Below are positions 1-12,708 of a DNA stretch of 64,000 nucleotides, one piece after another. The DNA is taken from assembly GCF_011745625.1 (NCBI RefSeq), contig NW_027191455.1:434001-498000 (forward strand). The letters are read 5' to 3'. Made by a program: the position numbers and the translations under genes. Position 1 is the stretch's first letter, and each line of letters begins with the position of its first letter. The notes below the pieces were generated by a model. The model saw only the letters and a list, made by a program, of their open reading frames with translations. It ran no database searches and was not told where the DNA came from. This stretch comes from Cladosporium halotolerans. Its lineage: Eukaryota.

Positions 1-810
1 CCGCTGCCCTTCCAATGAGAGGGTTCGCATAGGTCTATCGCGCGCGGGCACGGTGCGGCGAGTCGTCGTCGCTTTCCGAGCAACCCATCGACTTTCATCA
101 CATTGTAAATCGTCTTCCGTCTCATCTAATCAGTCGCAGTTCTTTGCGTCGCGTGCTTCCGGCCGCCTGTCACAAGCGAGCCGCAGGGCAACCCTGCATG
201 CGGCCTTCATATTATTTCCCCGCGCTCTCTACGCGAGTCGGCCGTTCGCCGCCATGGCTGCACGGACAGATCGTCGCTCTGCCGCTTCGCAGCTAGACCC
301 TGAACCACTGGCGGCCTCTCGATCTCCAGGTCCCTCGGCCTTTGCCGGGGAAATCGCGCATATTGCAGTCCATCGATGCACGAGCAAGTGGGCCGGCAAA
401 CTGGATCGGTGCCCGTCTGACAACACAAACCCTACAGCTTCCCCGAACGACGGCCCAGTGCAGAGACCTCCGTGCTTCGGTTACGCCATCCGTGTATTGT
501 GTAGCCCTGGACTGACCTTTTTGGCGGCGTCGGTGACGATCTGGGCGACATCATGGCGCTGATCTTTTGTGGTTCCCGACGCAGGGCACCTTCCACCACT
601 TGACGTAGAGCTTCTGATGCTTGAGACGAGTAGGCATAAGAGACGTCTCTCTCGTCCGTGAACATTTCTCTTTTCCTTCGTACAACAAATCCAGCGCAAA
701 CATAAATCATTTAAACTTTTCCCAAGTCTCCGAACAACAATCTCCGAGTAACGGTCTCCCCTCTCGTCAGGAACGATAAAGCTTAAGCCACCAACTTCAC
801 ATCCAACAAA

Positions 811-1044
811 ATGTCTGGCTCCATCGAGTACCTCAATGTCGACCCCGTCGTCGCCCGCGACCACTTCGCGCAGAACTTCGACCTCAACCAGCCCGAGAAG
901 GCTATGACTTCCTACCAGAAGCTCATGCATGAACACACAAAGCAACAGTTTGAGACCGCTACCTCATCATCCAAGAGGCGTTCTTCCGGCCGCAGCGTCG
1001 CCTCCCTCAAGAAGGATGACTCCATCGACTCGACTTCCTCTTAA
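811..1044 (+). CDS. Small (77 aa) hypothetical protein
   Basis: ATG in strong context (caaaATG) after a CT/CA-rich leader. Strongly C/G-ending codons, helical core AMTSYQKLMHEHTKQQ, Ser-rich tail, AT-rich 3' UTR. Confidence 0.7.
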   Translation: MSGSIEYLNVDPVVARDHFAQNFDLNQPEKAMTSYQKLMHEHTKQQFETATSSSKRRSSGRSVASLKKDDSIDSTSS

Positions 1045-2178
1045 AAAGCAGCAAATTCATGACTGCTTCCCCACTACGATCACCAGCAGCGTGCCTTGGT
1101 AACGATTTCTACGAGTTCGCTTGTTTTATTACTCGAGAAGTTTAGCGACATCACGAATTTTTCTCACGCCACTGTGTGGTGTTTCTCCGACACGAATGTG
1201 TTATTAGCGATGCATTATTGGAATTAGGCGTTTTTGTTTATTGGGATCTTATGGTGAGCGAGGATTTTTAGATTCCCCACCTCGAGCTATTCTAGCGGCT
1301 TTTATTGTACCACTAGAGATGATGATTAGCAGAATTGATTGCTATTGAACCAAACTTCATCGTTTTCGCCCAATCACTTGCGTTGTTACCCATCACTAGC
1401 TTGGCTATTCTGGAAACAAAAAATCTCGGAGTGTGACTTCGAGCTAGCAAGTCTGGTCACAAATTCATTGCGGGCTGGGGAATCTTGCAATTTTTCTAAA
1501 GTCTGCCCAGGGCCTGAATCATACCGTTCACCACTAGGACATCACTGATCCCGTTCTCTACGATCCTAATATTTCAATCTTGCCCATCTATCACGTGATT
1601 ATCCACTCGCCCACTAATTCGACTTAGGCGAGAAATCGAGCGTGTATTCCTGTTCGCTTTTGGTGTTTTGTACTTGGAAAGCATGTCTCCGTGTCCTTTG
1701 CATACTATTAATAGAGAAATGAGCTGGTGTTACCTTTCAACGAAGGTCGTCGATGGTCCCAGAGGGCGGACCCTTGCGATGGGCTGGGTTGATCCAACGT
1801 TGATCGTGCCACAGCTTGGGAAAAAGTGCTCGTTCGTGCTTGTGCTTGTCGCTAGTGGTTTTTTTCAGAGACTGCGGTGGCGTTGCCGCAAAATTCTTGC
1901 GCGACTGGATTACGATACTGGTGGCTCAGATGGTTTTTGGTCGGTAGGAAGAAGAAGTCGTCAATCAAGCACAATCCGAAAAAATGTGAATCGAAGGGCC
2001 AACTCATAATTGATGGATCGTTGGATGGAGCGATCGCTCTGAACTGAATTGGTGGACCACTACCCGGCTATACCACATTTTACCATTGACACAACTCGAA
2101 AGCCTCGCGAAATCAAATCGAACAAGCAGCTAATCAACCAACAAAACTCTCCCAGTCCCCTCCCTCTCCCCCGCAACC

Positions 2179-2660
2179 TCACACCTTCACCACAGTCACC
2201 AACCCAAAAAGCCCAGCCACCATTAACATGGACGCCCGGATATAATTCTGCCTCGTCCACGCCCTCAACAACCCCAAATGCTCCCCACTCCCTTCACTCT
2301 TCCCTTGCAACCCCTCATCCTCACTATCTCAATCAGCCTCCTAATCCCCGGCAGCATCACGAGCCCCGTCCACGGCATCGTCGCGAGCGCTGCGAGCGCC
2401 GCGGCGCCCCAAGCGTTGCGCTCCAGCGGCAGGGCGTAGGCGAGATAGGCGCTCGCGGCGGTCGAGGTCATGGAAAGGGGCACAACGAAGATGCCGCCGG
2501 TGCGGAAGATGTGCGCAAAGAGGGGCGTGGAGACGCGGGGCGGCTCGGAGAGAAGGCGTGGGAGGATGTTTTGGGAGGCGAAGAGGCCGTAGCCGGAGGT
2601 GAGGAGGGAGAGGGTGATGGAGGTGAGTTTTGCGGCGACGACGAGGGTGGGAGCGTCCAT
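2179..2660 (-). pseudogene. DUF1772/anthrone-oxygenase-like membrane protein interrupted by a 1-nt frameshift near 2325 (pseudogene or sequence error)
   Basis: The N-terminal ORF has hydrophobic helices ending 'PWTGLVMLPGIRRLIEI'. Adding one base at GAG ATA GTG restores SEDEGLQGKSEGSGEHLGLLRAWTRQNYIRASMLMVAGLFGLVTVVKV*, a typical DUF1772-like C-terminus (TGA at 2179-2181). The span is 482 nt = 3n-1. Confidence 0.65.
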
Positions 2661-3383
2661 TTTTTTGTATTTGTTATGTTTTGGTGGTGGTTTTGGGTGG
2701 GTGTAGGTGAGGGGAAGCTAGGATCTTTGCGGTGGTGTGGTTTTTGAGATTAAGAATGTTGGTTTTGCAGTTTTTGTTGATGTCGAGAACCGGATGGGAG
2801 TGGAAACGATGAAATGAGGTGGGAAGGCGAGCAGCTACTTGACTTAAATACCGGATACACGGAGTAAAAATGTCCCCGCCACTGATTGTTATCAAACGTT
2901 GAAGGCGTCTTTGGGCCGCGATGAGGCTTGCATTACAATAGCTGCGAAGAAGGGAGCTCCAAGCGATTCTTTAGGGCTTGAGGGGGTCAGCAAATACCGA
3001 AACCCCGGGCCCGACGTATCGTTAAGGTTTGCGAGCTGCTGACATACACTGTTCAAGCCGTGATTGCGGCAAGCGGTGATGGGAGGTATCGTCGTACGGC
3101 CGTCGGATGGATCGTATTCAGCCGGTGGCTTACGGCCGTGTTTTGGAGCTGCTGCAGGTGGTATGGCGGGGTCGATACAGCAAGGCGTCGAAGCCTCCCC
3201 GTAGTCCCCTGCCCTGCTGCGGCAACGGGACGGAGACTCGGGCCTTGCCGCGACCCGCCCTATAGTTGAGCGCGCGCTCTGACTGTGAGTGTGAGTCGCT
3301 GCTTGCTGCTGCCGTATGCGCCTATAGCAGAGCAGCCCTCCCAGATCCACACCACACCTCTGTCTCCTTTCTGCTCGGAATAC

Positions 3384-6074
3384 ATGACCACGCTCCTTCG
3401 ATCGCTCACGCGTCCATTTCTCCTTCTCCGAACACCATTTGCACCAGCGCCGGTCCCTGGCCCGCGATTACGATTTGCGAAACATCGTGCGCCAGCATAC
3501 ACAACCACAAATAAGCTCGAAGCAGCGAAAATGGCGACAATCCAGGCAGAATGGCGCCCTCCTCCCCAGCCATCCGAATCAGTCCAGAAAACGCTGCCGA
3601 AGCTAAGCATGTACAACACATTGACTCGGAATAAAAATGAGTTTGTGCCGCTGGATCGCGAGGGAAAGAAGGTGGGATGGTATGCTTGCGGGCCGACGGT
3701 ATACGACGATGCTGTATGTTCCCCTTGTGTCGCATTATAGTATGAAAAGGGGAAGAGGGAAATCGCTGCGGAGGAATCATATCCTTGAACATGTTTGCGC
3801 GGTGTCTTATCATACTTGAGACAACAACTGATCCGCTGATCCCAGCACTTAGGTCACGCTCGCAACTATGTCTCGACCGATATCATTCGCCGCATCTTGA
3901 AGGACTACTTCAAGTTCGACGTGAACTTCGTCATGAACATCACTGACGTAGACGACAAAATCATCCTTGCCGCGCGACAGCAGCACCTGCTCGAGGAGTG
4001 GCTCGCCAAGCACACCGATGTCGATCAGGATGTGAGGGAAACAACAGTGCAGGCACTCACAGCGTACCTCCAAAAGAACCTACCTCTGATCCCATCCGAT
4101 GTCAAGCCCGAGGCTTTTGCGAACGAGGTGGAGCGCGCATACGGACACGTCTTGAAGGGCAAGTCTGTCGCGAATGATGCCACACCTCCTGGTGACAAGG
4201 AAGCAAAAGTCAAGATGCACCTGAACACCACAAGATCCGCCGCCGAGGCATTGCAGCTAGAGCAGAAAGAACTGAGTGCTTTTGCTCTGAAAGCCTCCGG
4301 TGTTCTGCTGCCATACATTGATTCTTTGTACGGCACTTCTGTCCAAGGCAAGGATCACGAGATTTTCACGAAGCTTACGAAGAAATACGAGCAACGATTT
4401 TTCGACGACATGAAGGCCCTGAACGTGCTGTACCCCGACAAGCTGACCCGTGTGACGGAGTACGGGCCGCAGATTGTTGATTTCGTCAAGCAAATCGAGG
4501 ACAACGGGTATGCTTACGAGCATGAGGGTTCGGTGTACTATGACACCGGCAACTGGGAGAAGAACGGAGGCGTGTATGCTCGCTTGGAGCCTTGGAACCG
4601 TAACGACAAGGAACTTCAGGCCGATGGTGAGGGTTCGCTTTCGACGAAGAAGACTGGCTTCAAGCGTTCTGGCGCAGATTTTGCGCTCTGGAAGAGCTCG
4701 AAGCCTGGTGAACCATCATGGGAATCGCCGTGGGGTGAAGGCAGGCCCGGATGGCACATTGAATGCTCAGCCATGGCCTCGGACGTGCTGGGCAAGACCT
4801 TCGACATTCACTCTGGTGGTATCGACCTGTCTTTCCCTCACCACGATAACGAGCTGGCACAGTCCGAAGCCTACTGGTGCGGCAAGGACAAGGTGGATCC
4901 GCATGCCCAATGGGTCAATTATTTCCTGCACATGGGTCACCTGAGCATTCAAGGAAGCAAAATGAGCAAGAGTCTGAAGAACTTCACCACAATCCGCGAG
5001 GCCATCTCTCAAGGAGCTTGGACGCCTCGCGGATTGCGCATTGTCTTCCTCCTCGGCAACTGGAGGGATGGTCTCGAGATCACGGGAGAGGTCGTCAAGG
5101 CTGGTGTGGCATGGGAGGAGAGGGTCAACAGTTTCTTCATTCGCGTGCGGGATATCCAGCAGCGCTCGACCGAGGCCCAAATGAACGGCCTGTCCCTGCA
5201 AAACGGCAACGATGGCGCAGGATCAGACCTTCTCCAGAACCTCAGCACTGCCAGCCAGAAATTCCATGATGCCCTCTGCGACTCCTTCGATACCCCGACC
5301 GCCATGCGCGTCATCTCCGACCTCATCACCGCCTACAACTCCGCCTCCTCCGTCCCCGACACCACCTCCATCGCCATCGCCCAATGGCTCACCGAACAAG
5401 TCCACATGTTCGGCCTCGACTGCCACCCGCTGCAACCCACCCAAATCGGCTGGTCCGGCATTGACATCCCCGACGACGCCAAATCCCACATTTACCCTCT
5501 GGCCTCCCTCCGCGACCGCGTCCGCGAGCAAGCCATCGCCGGCGCTGTCGACATCGCCTCCCTCGGCGCCCTCTCCGGCGAGCCCACCGACGCCTCTAAC
5601 CCCTACGCAACCGCGCACGCGGGTTTCCAGCGCCGCCTCCTCGACCTCTCCGCCTCCTCCGCCCCGCCCAAAGACTACCTCGCCGCCTGCGACCACCTCC
5701 GCGACACCGCGCTGTGGAACCTATCCATCTACCTCGAAGACCGCGAGGGCCAGCCGGCGCTCGTGCGCCCGCTCTCAGCATCTCTGCGCCAGGAGCGCGC
5801 GGACCGCGAGCAGATGGCCGCTTCGAAGGCGGCGGTGAAGGAGAAGGCGAAGCGTGATGCGGAGGCCGCGGAGAAGGAGCGCCTCGAGAAAGGAAAGTTG
5901 AGCCATCTGGAGATGTTCAGGACGAGCGAGTTCAGCGCTTGGGACGCGGAGGGACTGCCGACGGCGGATGCGGAGGGGAAGGAGGTTGCGAAGAGCAGGG
6001 CGAAGAAGTTGAGGAAGGATTGGGAGAGGCAGAGGAAGTTGCACGAGGGGTGGGTTGCTGCGCAGGGGAAGTAG
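3384..6074 (+). CDS. CRS1: Cysteinyl-tRNA synthetase, 2 exons (3384-3713, 3846-6074); second in-frame ATG at 3531
   Basis: Splicing GTATGT..CAG gives [17 protein letters not shown] (HIGH motif). Also [41 protein letters not shown] and KMSKSLKN. Confidence 0.97.
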
Positions 6075-6279
6075 AGGTGACGGTTGCTTAGACTTCTGTT
6101 CGTCCCATTTTGAGCGTGGATGAGCAAGGTGTGATAGAGATATAGCCAAAAAGTCGATGTGGTCTACCTTCTACTTCATCTAAGGGATACTTCCGTGAAA
6201 GCGAATCGATCTATCGAGTTTCCAAGGAAAAAATAATTAAACGCCTTCAACACCCAGTACGTCGTGACACGTCCGCATT

Positions 6280-9200
6280 TCAACCCTGCCGCAACGGATG
6301 CCACTTCCCCCTCGACTCCCCCGCCGCCGGACTGCTCTGCCTGCTCCCGCCACCCACATGCTTCATCGGGCTCAGCACGCGCGGACTACGCGGCACACTG
6401 TTCCCCCTCGTGCCCATCCTGCCCCTCGACGCCTCGCGGAACTGCATGAGCTCCTTGTCCTTCCGCGCCAGCGTCTCTGCCTGCTCCCTGACCCTCGCCT
6501 GCAGCATCTTGTTCTCGCGCTCGATGTTCTGCGCCCGCGCGTCGAGCGTCATCTGCTTCGCGCGCGCCTGCTCGCCCGCGGCGCGGTTGCGCGCATGCGC
6601 CAGCTCGTTCTCCAGATCCCGGTTGGTCGTCGCGGAGTCTTGTGCTGAGCGCGAGGCGGTCTGGTACATCTCCTGGGCGTAGTCGAGGTCGTGCTGTTGC
6701 GTGCGGAGGCGGTTCTCAAGCTTTTCTTTCTCGCTCTGCGCTTGCGCGAGTGCGATGCGGCTCTGCTCCAGAGCGGCGCGCTCGGGGACGGAGTGGTCGG
6801 CGAGCGCGTCGGTCGCGGCCTTGAGTTGCTCTTTGAGGGAGCGGTTTTCGGCGCGCAGGGCGCTGAGGGTTGCGGCGCTTTCGGACATGCGGGTTACGGC
6901 TTTTTGGGCGGTGTCGATGGCGTCGTCGTTTTTCTTAGTCAGCTCGATGATATCGTTTCGTTGTTCCTCGTGGCGGTACTGCAGGTCGCTGAGGGCCTGC
7001 TGGTGGTCGGCCAGCTGGGTTTGGGTCTTGAGAAGGAGTGTCTGGAGACGCTTATTGATCTCGGCAAGGTCATCGGTCTGTTCCGGGCCAGAACTCGTCA
7101 TCGTTGGGTTGCTAGTCTTGGGGACTGAGTCGCTGACGTGCGAGATATCAAGTTCCAGCGGGTTGATGGTGATGGGATGCTCCTGAGCTCCATTGGGTTC
7201 AAGGCGGGGGCGCTTGAACGACTCTGGCTCTATTCCATTACCCGGAAGTTCGAACGAGCGCTTGTCGCCAGCGTGTGTTGCATTTTCACTGTGTGGGACG
7301 TCAATGTCGCTCTCAGTCTGGCTGTCCAAATTCTCCAGCATACTAAGCGGAGCAATACACCATTCCTTGTCAGGTTCGCCATTAGCAATGAAGCCTGCAA
7401 TGACCTTTGCTGATTCAATGGAAGGAAGCTGGCTGTGCTCTAGCTTCCCAGCGTCGTATCTCAGATCGAATATTCCGTGCATCGTTGCCCTTAGTCTCTG
7501 CTGCTGGGTGAGATTGGGCGAAAGGCATCGCTCAACATGCTCCACGGTGCTAGGCACTACGAGCGCCATCATCACTGGCTTCTTCGTTTTGCCTTCCTGT
7601 AGAAGCTTAAGAGCTGATCCGCCAGCTTCTGCAGAGTTGTCCAGACAGATTACAGCGTCAACATCTATCGAATCAGGGCTTATATCTTCGTTGGATGCCA
7701 TGATATTGACCGTAAGCGAGCATGATTCATGACTAGTGGTTTTGCCCGTATCGGCTCTGTAGCAAGTGACTTCGAAGCCGAGCAGAAAGTTCTCCAAGAT
7801 GTAAAGCAGCTGTCCGGGCTGGCAAATGACTGCGATAGATGAGGACTTATCTTTAAGCTCATCGATGAGGTGTTTCAGGAATCCGAATTTGGCGCTGCAA
7901 TCGATCGCCCATTTCGCGTGAGCCGGTGGAGGAACTTCGTATTGCGTGAGAGTCTCGACATTGTCCAGATCCGGGTGCACAACAATGCGCCGCAGTCGCT
8001 CAACTAGTGTCTCGATCTCGACGGCAAGATCGTCAATGGGCTGGCTAGTATGGAGAAACCGCTCGATCATTTCCTTGTGTTGCTGAATCATAGTCGGATA
8101 TGCATCACGCTGGTGGCCCAACAGGGCAATAGGAACCGAGTGCACATAATTACCAGTGTTAGAAGCTTCCTTTGATGCGGTTCCGGTAATCGTGCTCTGT
8201 CTTCGGAGTAGAGCATTTTCCTTCTCCTGTGGCACCAGCGTCGGGTATCGCTCTGAAGTGTTCATTTCCTCTTGAGTAACGGTCTGGACCGGAAGCGCTG
8301 CAGGGACAGCTGACGGAGATCGACCGCCGTTACGAGAAGACTCGGGCGAACCCAGCCGGGCAGGGCTTTCAGCAGCGAGCTCTGCGTTGAGCCGAGGAGG
8401 CACAGCGGATGGCTTTGCCGGAGTGACATCGGCTGAGTTTATGGATGGCGTTTGATTCCTACGTTCCGCCCGTGCGGCTCTCAGCCTCGCATGGAGTTCG
8501 TTAGCCGGCTCAGACGATGGAATTTTGTGGTCCATGCTGTAGGATCGTCCGATAGATGGTCTGGTCGGTGTGGATGGGATCGCAGGCCGACGTGGTGCGC
8601 TTTCCCCAAGGTCTTCTAAAGCACGGGAAGGAACGGATGGAAATTGGCTGAAAGTCGAGTGATCCTGCACGGGAAGGCTGACTGCTCTGGGTTGTGTCTC
8701 GAATGTATCCAGTAGCGGATGCTGGCGTCTAGTTGACAATGGATGGCCGGGGGTAGATGCCGAGTGTCCAGTTTGAATTTTCGACGGTGTCTGACTATCG
8801 GCAGGGATCACTTGCGTCTCGAAGGGGAACGAAGGTTCTGTTTCTGTGCTCTGCCGTGGGGGCGAGTGATATTTTGCGAGCGGGTTGGGAGCTTGAGAAG
8901 CTTGATGTTGCGAGGGTTGTGTCGCAAATTGACTGGAGAACGCAAAAGCTGGTGAGACTGGTGACGTGCCACTAGGTACTACTATAGCTCGATGCGAATC
9001 GCCAAATGGTCCTCTGAGCGACTCTGGCTCTTTTCCGACAGCTGGGCGTGACGAGGGCGTGCGATGTTCGACCGATGCTCCGGCCTCTTCGAAGAAAGAA
9101 GATACTGGCTGCTCCGGGTGTACAGGAGCCGCGATTCCGTCAGAGTTCAAGTTGGAGGTGCTTTGCTGCGGTGGGTGATTTGGCTCAAGATGCTGCTGTG

Positions 9201-10368
9201 AAAGCGGTTGCTCGGCAGATTGTGCGCTAGCAACAGCCTGCAATTCACTCACAACCTGGACACCTGCCTGCCCGGCACTATCTTCTGTGCTTTGTGTAGT
9301 CTCGTCCTTGTTCTGCGATTCAAGGCCTAATGAGGTCTGGAAACTTTGAGAGTCTGGAACAACCCTCCCAGATGACTGTCTATCTGGATTGTTAGAGACG
9401 GACGATTGTTTTTGGCCTGTACCCGCGACTGCGATAAATTCTCCGCTGTTGCCGAAAGAGGCTGTGGACTGCGGGAATTGCGAGTGACCACCAGGGGAAG
9501 AGGCCGGGGAGAGAGCCTGAGATAGTGCAACCGTATCGTAATCCAGATAACTCGATGGCGGAGCTGATAACTGCACGATAGCGAGATCCTGACTTGGGAG
9601 GTTTGGCGAGTTCTCCTCAGTGACGAATAGCGACTCTTCCCTTTGATTCTGAGAGAGTGGCGCGGTGTGTGCTCCTGGGCTCTCTCGGATCTCAATAGGA
9701 GAAGAGTCTGCCGGAATCTCCGCGAAATTGCTTTTCGATACCGGGGTGGTCTCGCTCAGGGAAGAGCTAGGTACCACTGTCCTTACCTTACCACGCTTCA
9801 CGGCCGGTTTGACCGGTGTCACTGAAGCACGCTCAGAACCGTTGCTAGGCGTTGTACGAGCGTCTGTAGTACTCAGCAAGCGGCATGGGATGCGGAGTTT
9901 AACAATCAAGGAACGCGTACCGTTGCCTTTGGCAGCCTTTTGCTCCGCCCAATCCGCGAGAGCTTCTTCGTTGACGTTCTCCCTGGGTTCCCAGGTAGGC
10001 TCGAATTTCTCGCCCGTCTGCTCGTCGTCTTCCCAATCAATCAAATACTGTCGATTCTTGTGAGAGCCGCGCTCTTCAAGGACAGTGCGGACTTTGTAGA
10101 ATTTTTCGTCGTCAAAGTCTCCGTGCGGGTGTGGCGATGATTCAGTTGAGGCTAGAGGAATGTGAGCACGCCTTCTCAAGCGCCCAAGTGCAAAGGTTGG
10201 CGGAGGCAAGGCGACGAAGCGAGCGGGAAGTGGCAGGCAACCAGGCAGACCCATACTTCGCCGCACTCAACCCGCGACAATCTCGGGTCTACGGCTCGAC
10301 TCACCTCTCTTGAGGCGCTTCGAAGGCTTGGGGTTAAATGGTGTGCCTTTCTTTCGTTTCGCCGACAT
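6280..10368 (-). CDS. Large nuclear protein with N-terminal chromo-like domain, long S/P-rich linker, Hda2/Hda3-like domain and C-terminal coiled coil
   Basis: Exon 1 10305-10368 (MSAKRKKG.., NLS-like), intron 10152-10304 (GTGAGT..TAG), probable in-frame 57-nt intron 9864-9920. Chromo-like motif YKVRTVLEE..YLIDWED..TWEPRENV. Hda2/3-like segment LRRIVVHPDL..CSAKFGFLKHLIDEL. Confidence 0.8.
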
Positions 10369-10992
10369 TACAACGTACGCGTCGCTCCGGGTGCCAAGCC
10401 TGCCATAACGAAGAAAAGACACGAATCAGTACAGGTCTTACTCGCGATGCAGGCTATGCAGGAAAGGAAATGGACACTGCGGTATACCACAGGGACGCGG
10501 TCGCGAGAGGGTGCAGTTGCGCTTGTCGCGACGTCGCATGGCCTGTGCTTTGCCTTGGTGGAGAGTTGCCGACGTGGATTTAGGGTCAGGGTTAAGGTTA
10601 CCTGGAGCTGTTGCTAGCTCGATGCTCGAGACCGATGTTATCATTGACTTCGCTGATCGTCCGGCGTGCGATCTCGGTGGGATGTTGGTGTAGTCAAGTG
10701 CATTGCATATGCAGAAACATAATAATTGTTGAGTTTGTATTGTATCACGAGCAACCTCGGACTTACTTCTTAACATTTCAGATGCTAGCACAGAAGTGAC
10801 AAGTCACATGCTTGCCTGCAACCTTCCACTGCGGAAGCCTTCATTCAAACAGACTGCCTCATTAATTCAATCACAAGCGAGAATAGACCTTTCGAGTTCA
10901 TTTCAATACATCCTGGTACACTTGCACCTGATTACCAAAACGCGAAGTTCCGACCTCATCGCCTTCAATCCCACAACTCTCCACACCACACC

Positions 10993-11547
10993 ATGTCCTC
11001 TCCACCCCTAACCGCCTACCTCTTCTACTGGAACCTCAAAACCCCCACCGACAACCACTGGCACCCCTACCCCGGCGCCTCAGCAACCAAACATCTCACG
11101 ACCGCCCCAGCCTGGACCTCGCGCCTCGACCTCCCCGCCACATCCGTCGACGCCGCCCCCTTCGTGCTCGCCGCCTCAACCCTCGCCTACTTCCGCCAGC
11201 TCCCCTCCCTCGGCTGGACCGCGCACGCAAACCCCTTCCAGAACAAACCGACGATGCTCGCCGCGCACCGCAGCGCCCTGCTCGCTGTGCCGGCGATCCT
11301 GCTCGCGCAGGCCGCGGGCGTCGAGTACCGGTACGCGATCCCGCGGTGGTCGCACGAGCGCGAACGGCGACGGGACGAGGAGCAGGCGCGGAGTCACGTT
11401 GAGACGGGGATGTTTTTGGGCGGCGGGGTGATGGTTGCGAGGAGTCTGGCGGGGCTGGGGCCGCGGTGGAGTTTGGTTGATTTGGTGCTCGGAGGGGCGT
11501 TGGCGGATTTGGCGCTGAGGGAATATTTTAAGGCACATGGGATTTGA
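10993..11547 (+). CDS. Hypothetical 184-aa membrane protein
   Basis: Intronless ORF, ATG in accATG context, biased codons, several hydrophobic segments. Divergent from the chromo-domain gene. Confidence 0.7.
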   Translation: MSSPPLTAYLFYWNLKTPTDNHWHPYPGASATKHLTTAPAWTSRLDLPATSVDAAPFVLAASTLAYFRQLPSLGWTAHANPFQNKPTMLAAHRSALLAVPAILLAQAAGVEYRYAIPRWSHERERRRDEEQARSHVETGMFLGGGVMVARSLAGLGPRWSLVDLVLGGALADLALREYFKAHGI

Positions 11548-11964
11548 TGGGGACGAAGGATGTGGGCGTGGCGTTACGGTTGATGTTTGGTTTGGGTTAG
11601 AGTCACATTTTACGTTGTTCGACTTGTTGTACAAAGCTAGATATTACTGTCCGGGTCTATAAATGTTTGAATGAATGGATATACACAGTGAAGAATGCTA
11701 ACGTCTTTTCATCGACATTCACATGTGTCAGTCGTCCGATGTTTTCAAATCATATTATATCATTGATATCATTTAACGCTAGCCGTCTCACGAGACAGCT
11801 TGTGATTGCAGGAGTGCCGCTCACGCTATTACGCAATGAGCAACACAGCCTCCATGGAACCTCTTCATCTATAGCGTCCTATTTACGGGACACCGCATGT
11901 AAGGCCCAACCCATTGGCCTGCCAGATGGGATGTCTTGCTGATTCCACTAGGCAATGAATCCAT

Positions 11965-12708
11965 CTATTGATGCTCGCCCTTAGAGAACCTGTCCTCCCT
12001 CTCCTTCTCGCGCTGGCGCGTGAGCTCCTTGATCTGCTCCGGCGGCGAGTCCTCGATCAAATCGCTGTCCTTGTTCAGACCGGTCCACTTGGGAAGACCA
12101 TCGGGGATATCGATGCAGCGCTGGCCGTAAAACATGTGGCATCTGGTAAAACAGTCAGCTGGTTGCTCTCAGAACGGAGGGTCTTATCCGTCGTCTCGAC
12201 TGACCTCGGCGCAAAGTTCTCCTTCTCCTGCTGCGACTTGAAGTGGATGAGCGACGGGAAGAGCAGGATCATGTTGCGGCCCTCGTCCATGATGGGGCTG
12301 TGGCAGTACGAGCAGCGGACCTTGCAGGGCAGGCGGTGCTCGACGGACTTGGAAGACGGGTCGTACCACTCGAGGTCGTGGTGGCCGTTCTTGAACTTTA
12401 TGTCGTCCTTGTGGAAAATGGCGGCCCATTGGAAGGGTGCGGCTGAATGTTCGTTAGTTCCGGATGACGTTTGTCGGCCTAGGTGGGACTTTGTGCATAC
12501 CGTGCTGTGTTTGACACGTTGTGCAGTGGCAGAGCTTGCTGTCCAATGGCTCCTCTCTGCTCAACTCGTACTCTACCTTACCGCAGTGGCAGGAAGCGTG
12601 GTAGCGGGCGTGGAAGCCGTCGTTCTTCTTGTGCATCTGGTAAGGCGGGCGGAGCTTCCAGTCATTGAGGCCCTCCTTGCTCTCCTTGTCGACCTCGTGG
12701 GGATCCAT
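11965..12708 (-). CDS. GFA/CENP-V (Mss4-like) zinc-binding protein, 3 exons; possible upstream in-frame ATG at 13035
   Basis: ASCHCGKV..CHCTTCQTQH|AAPFQWAAIF..CKVRCSYCHSPIMDEGRNM..|CHMFYGQRCIDIPDGLPKW. Introns GTATGC..CTAAC..CAG and GTCAGT..CTGAC..CAG. Confidence 0.9.

Noticed and set aside
2049..2747. 232-aa + strand ORF
   Set aside because: Its P/T-rich then G/E-rich composition just mirrors the local skew; the credible gene is on the - strand.
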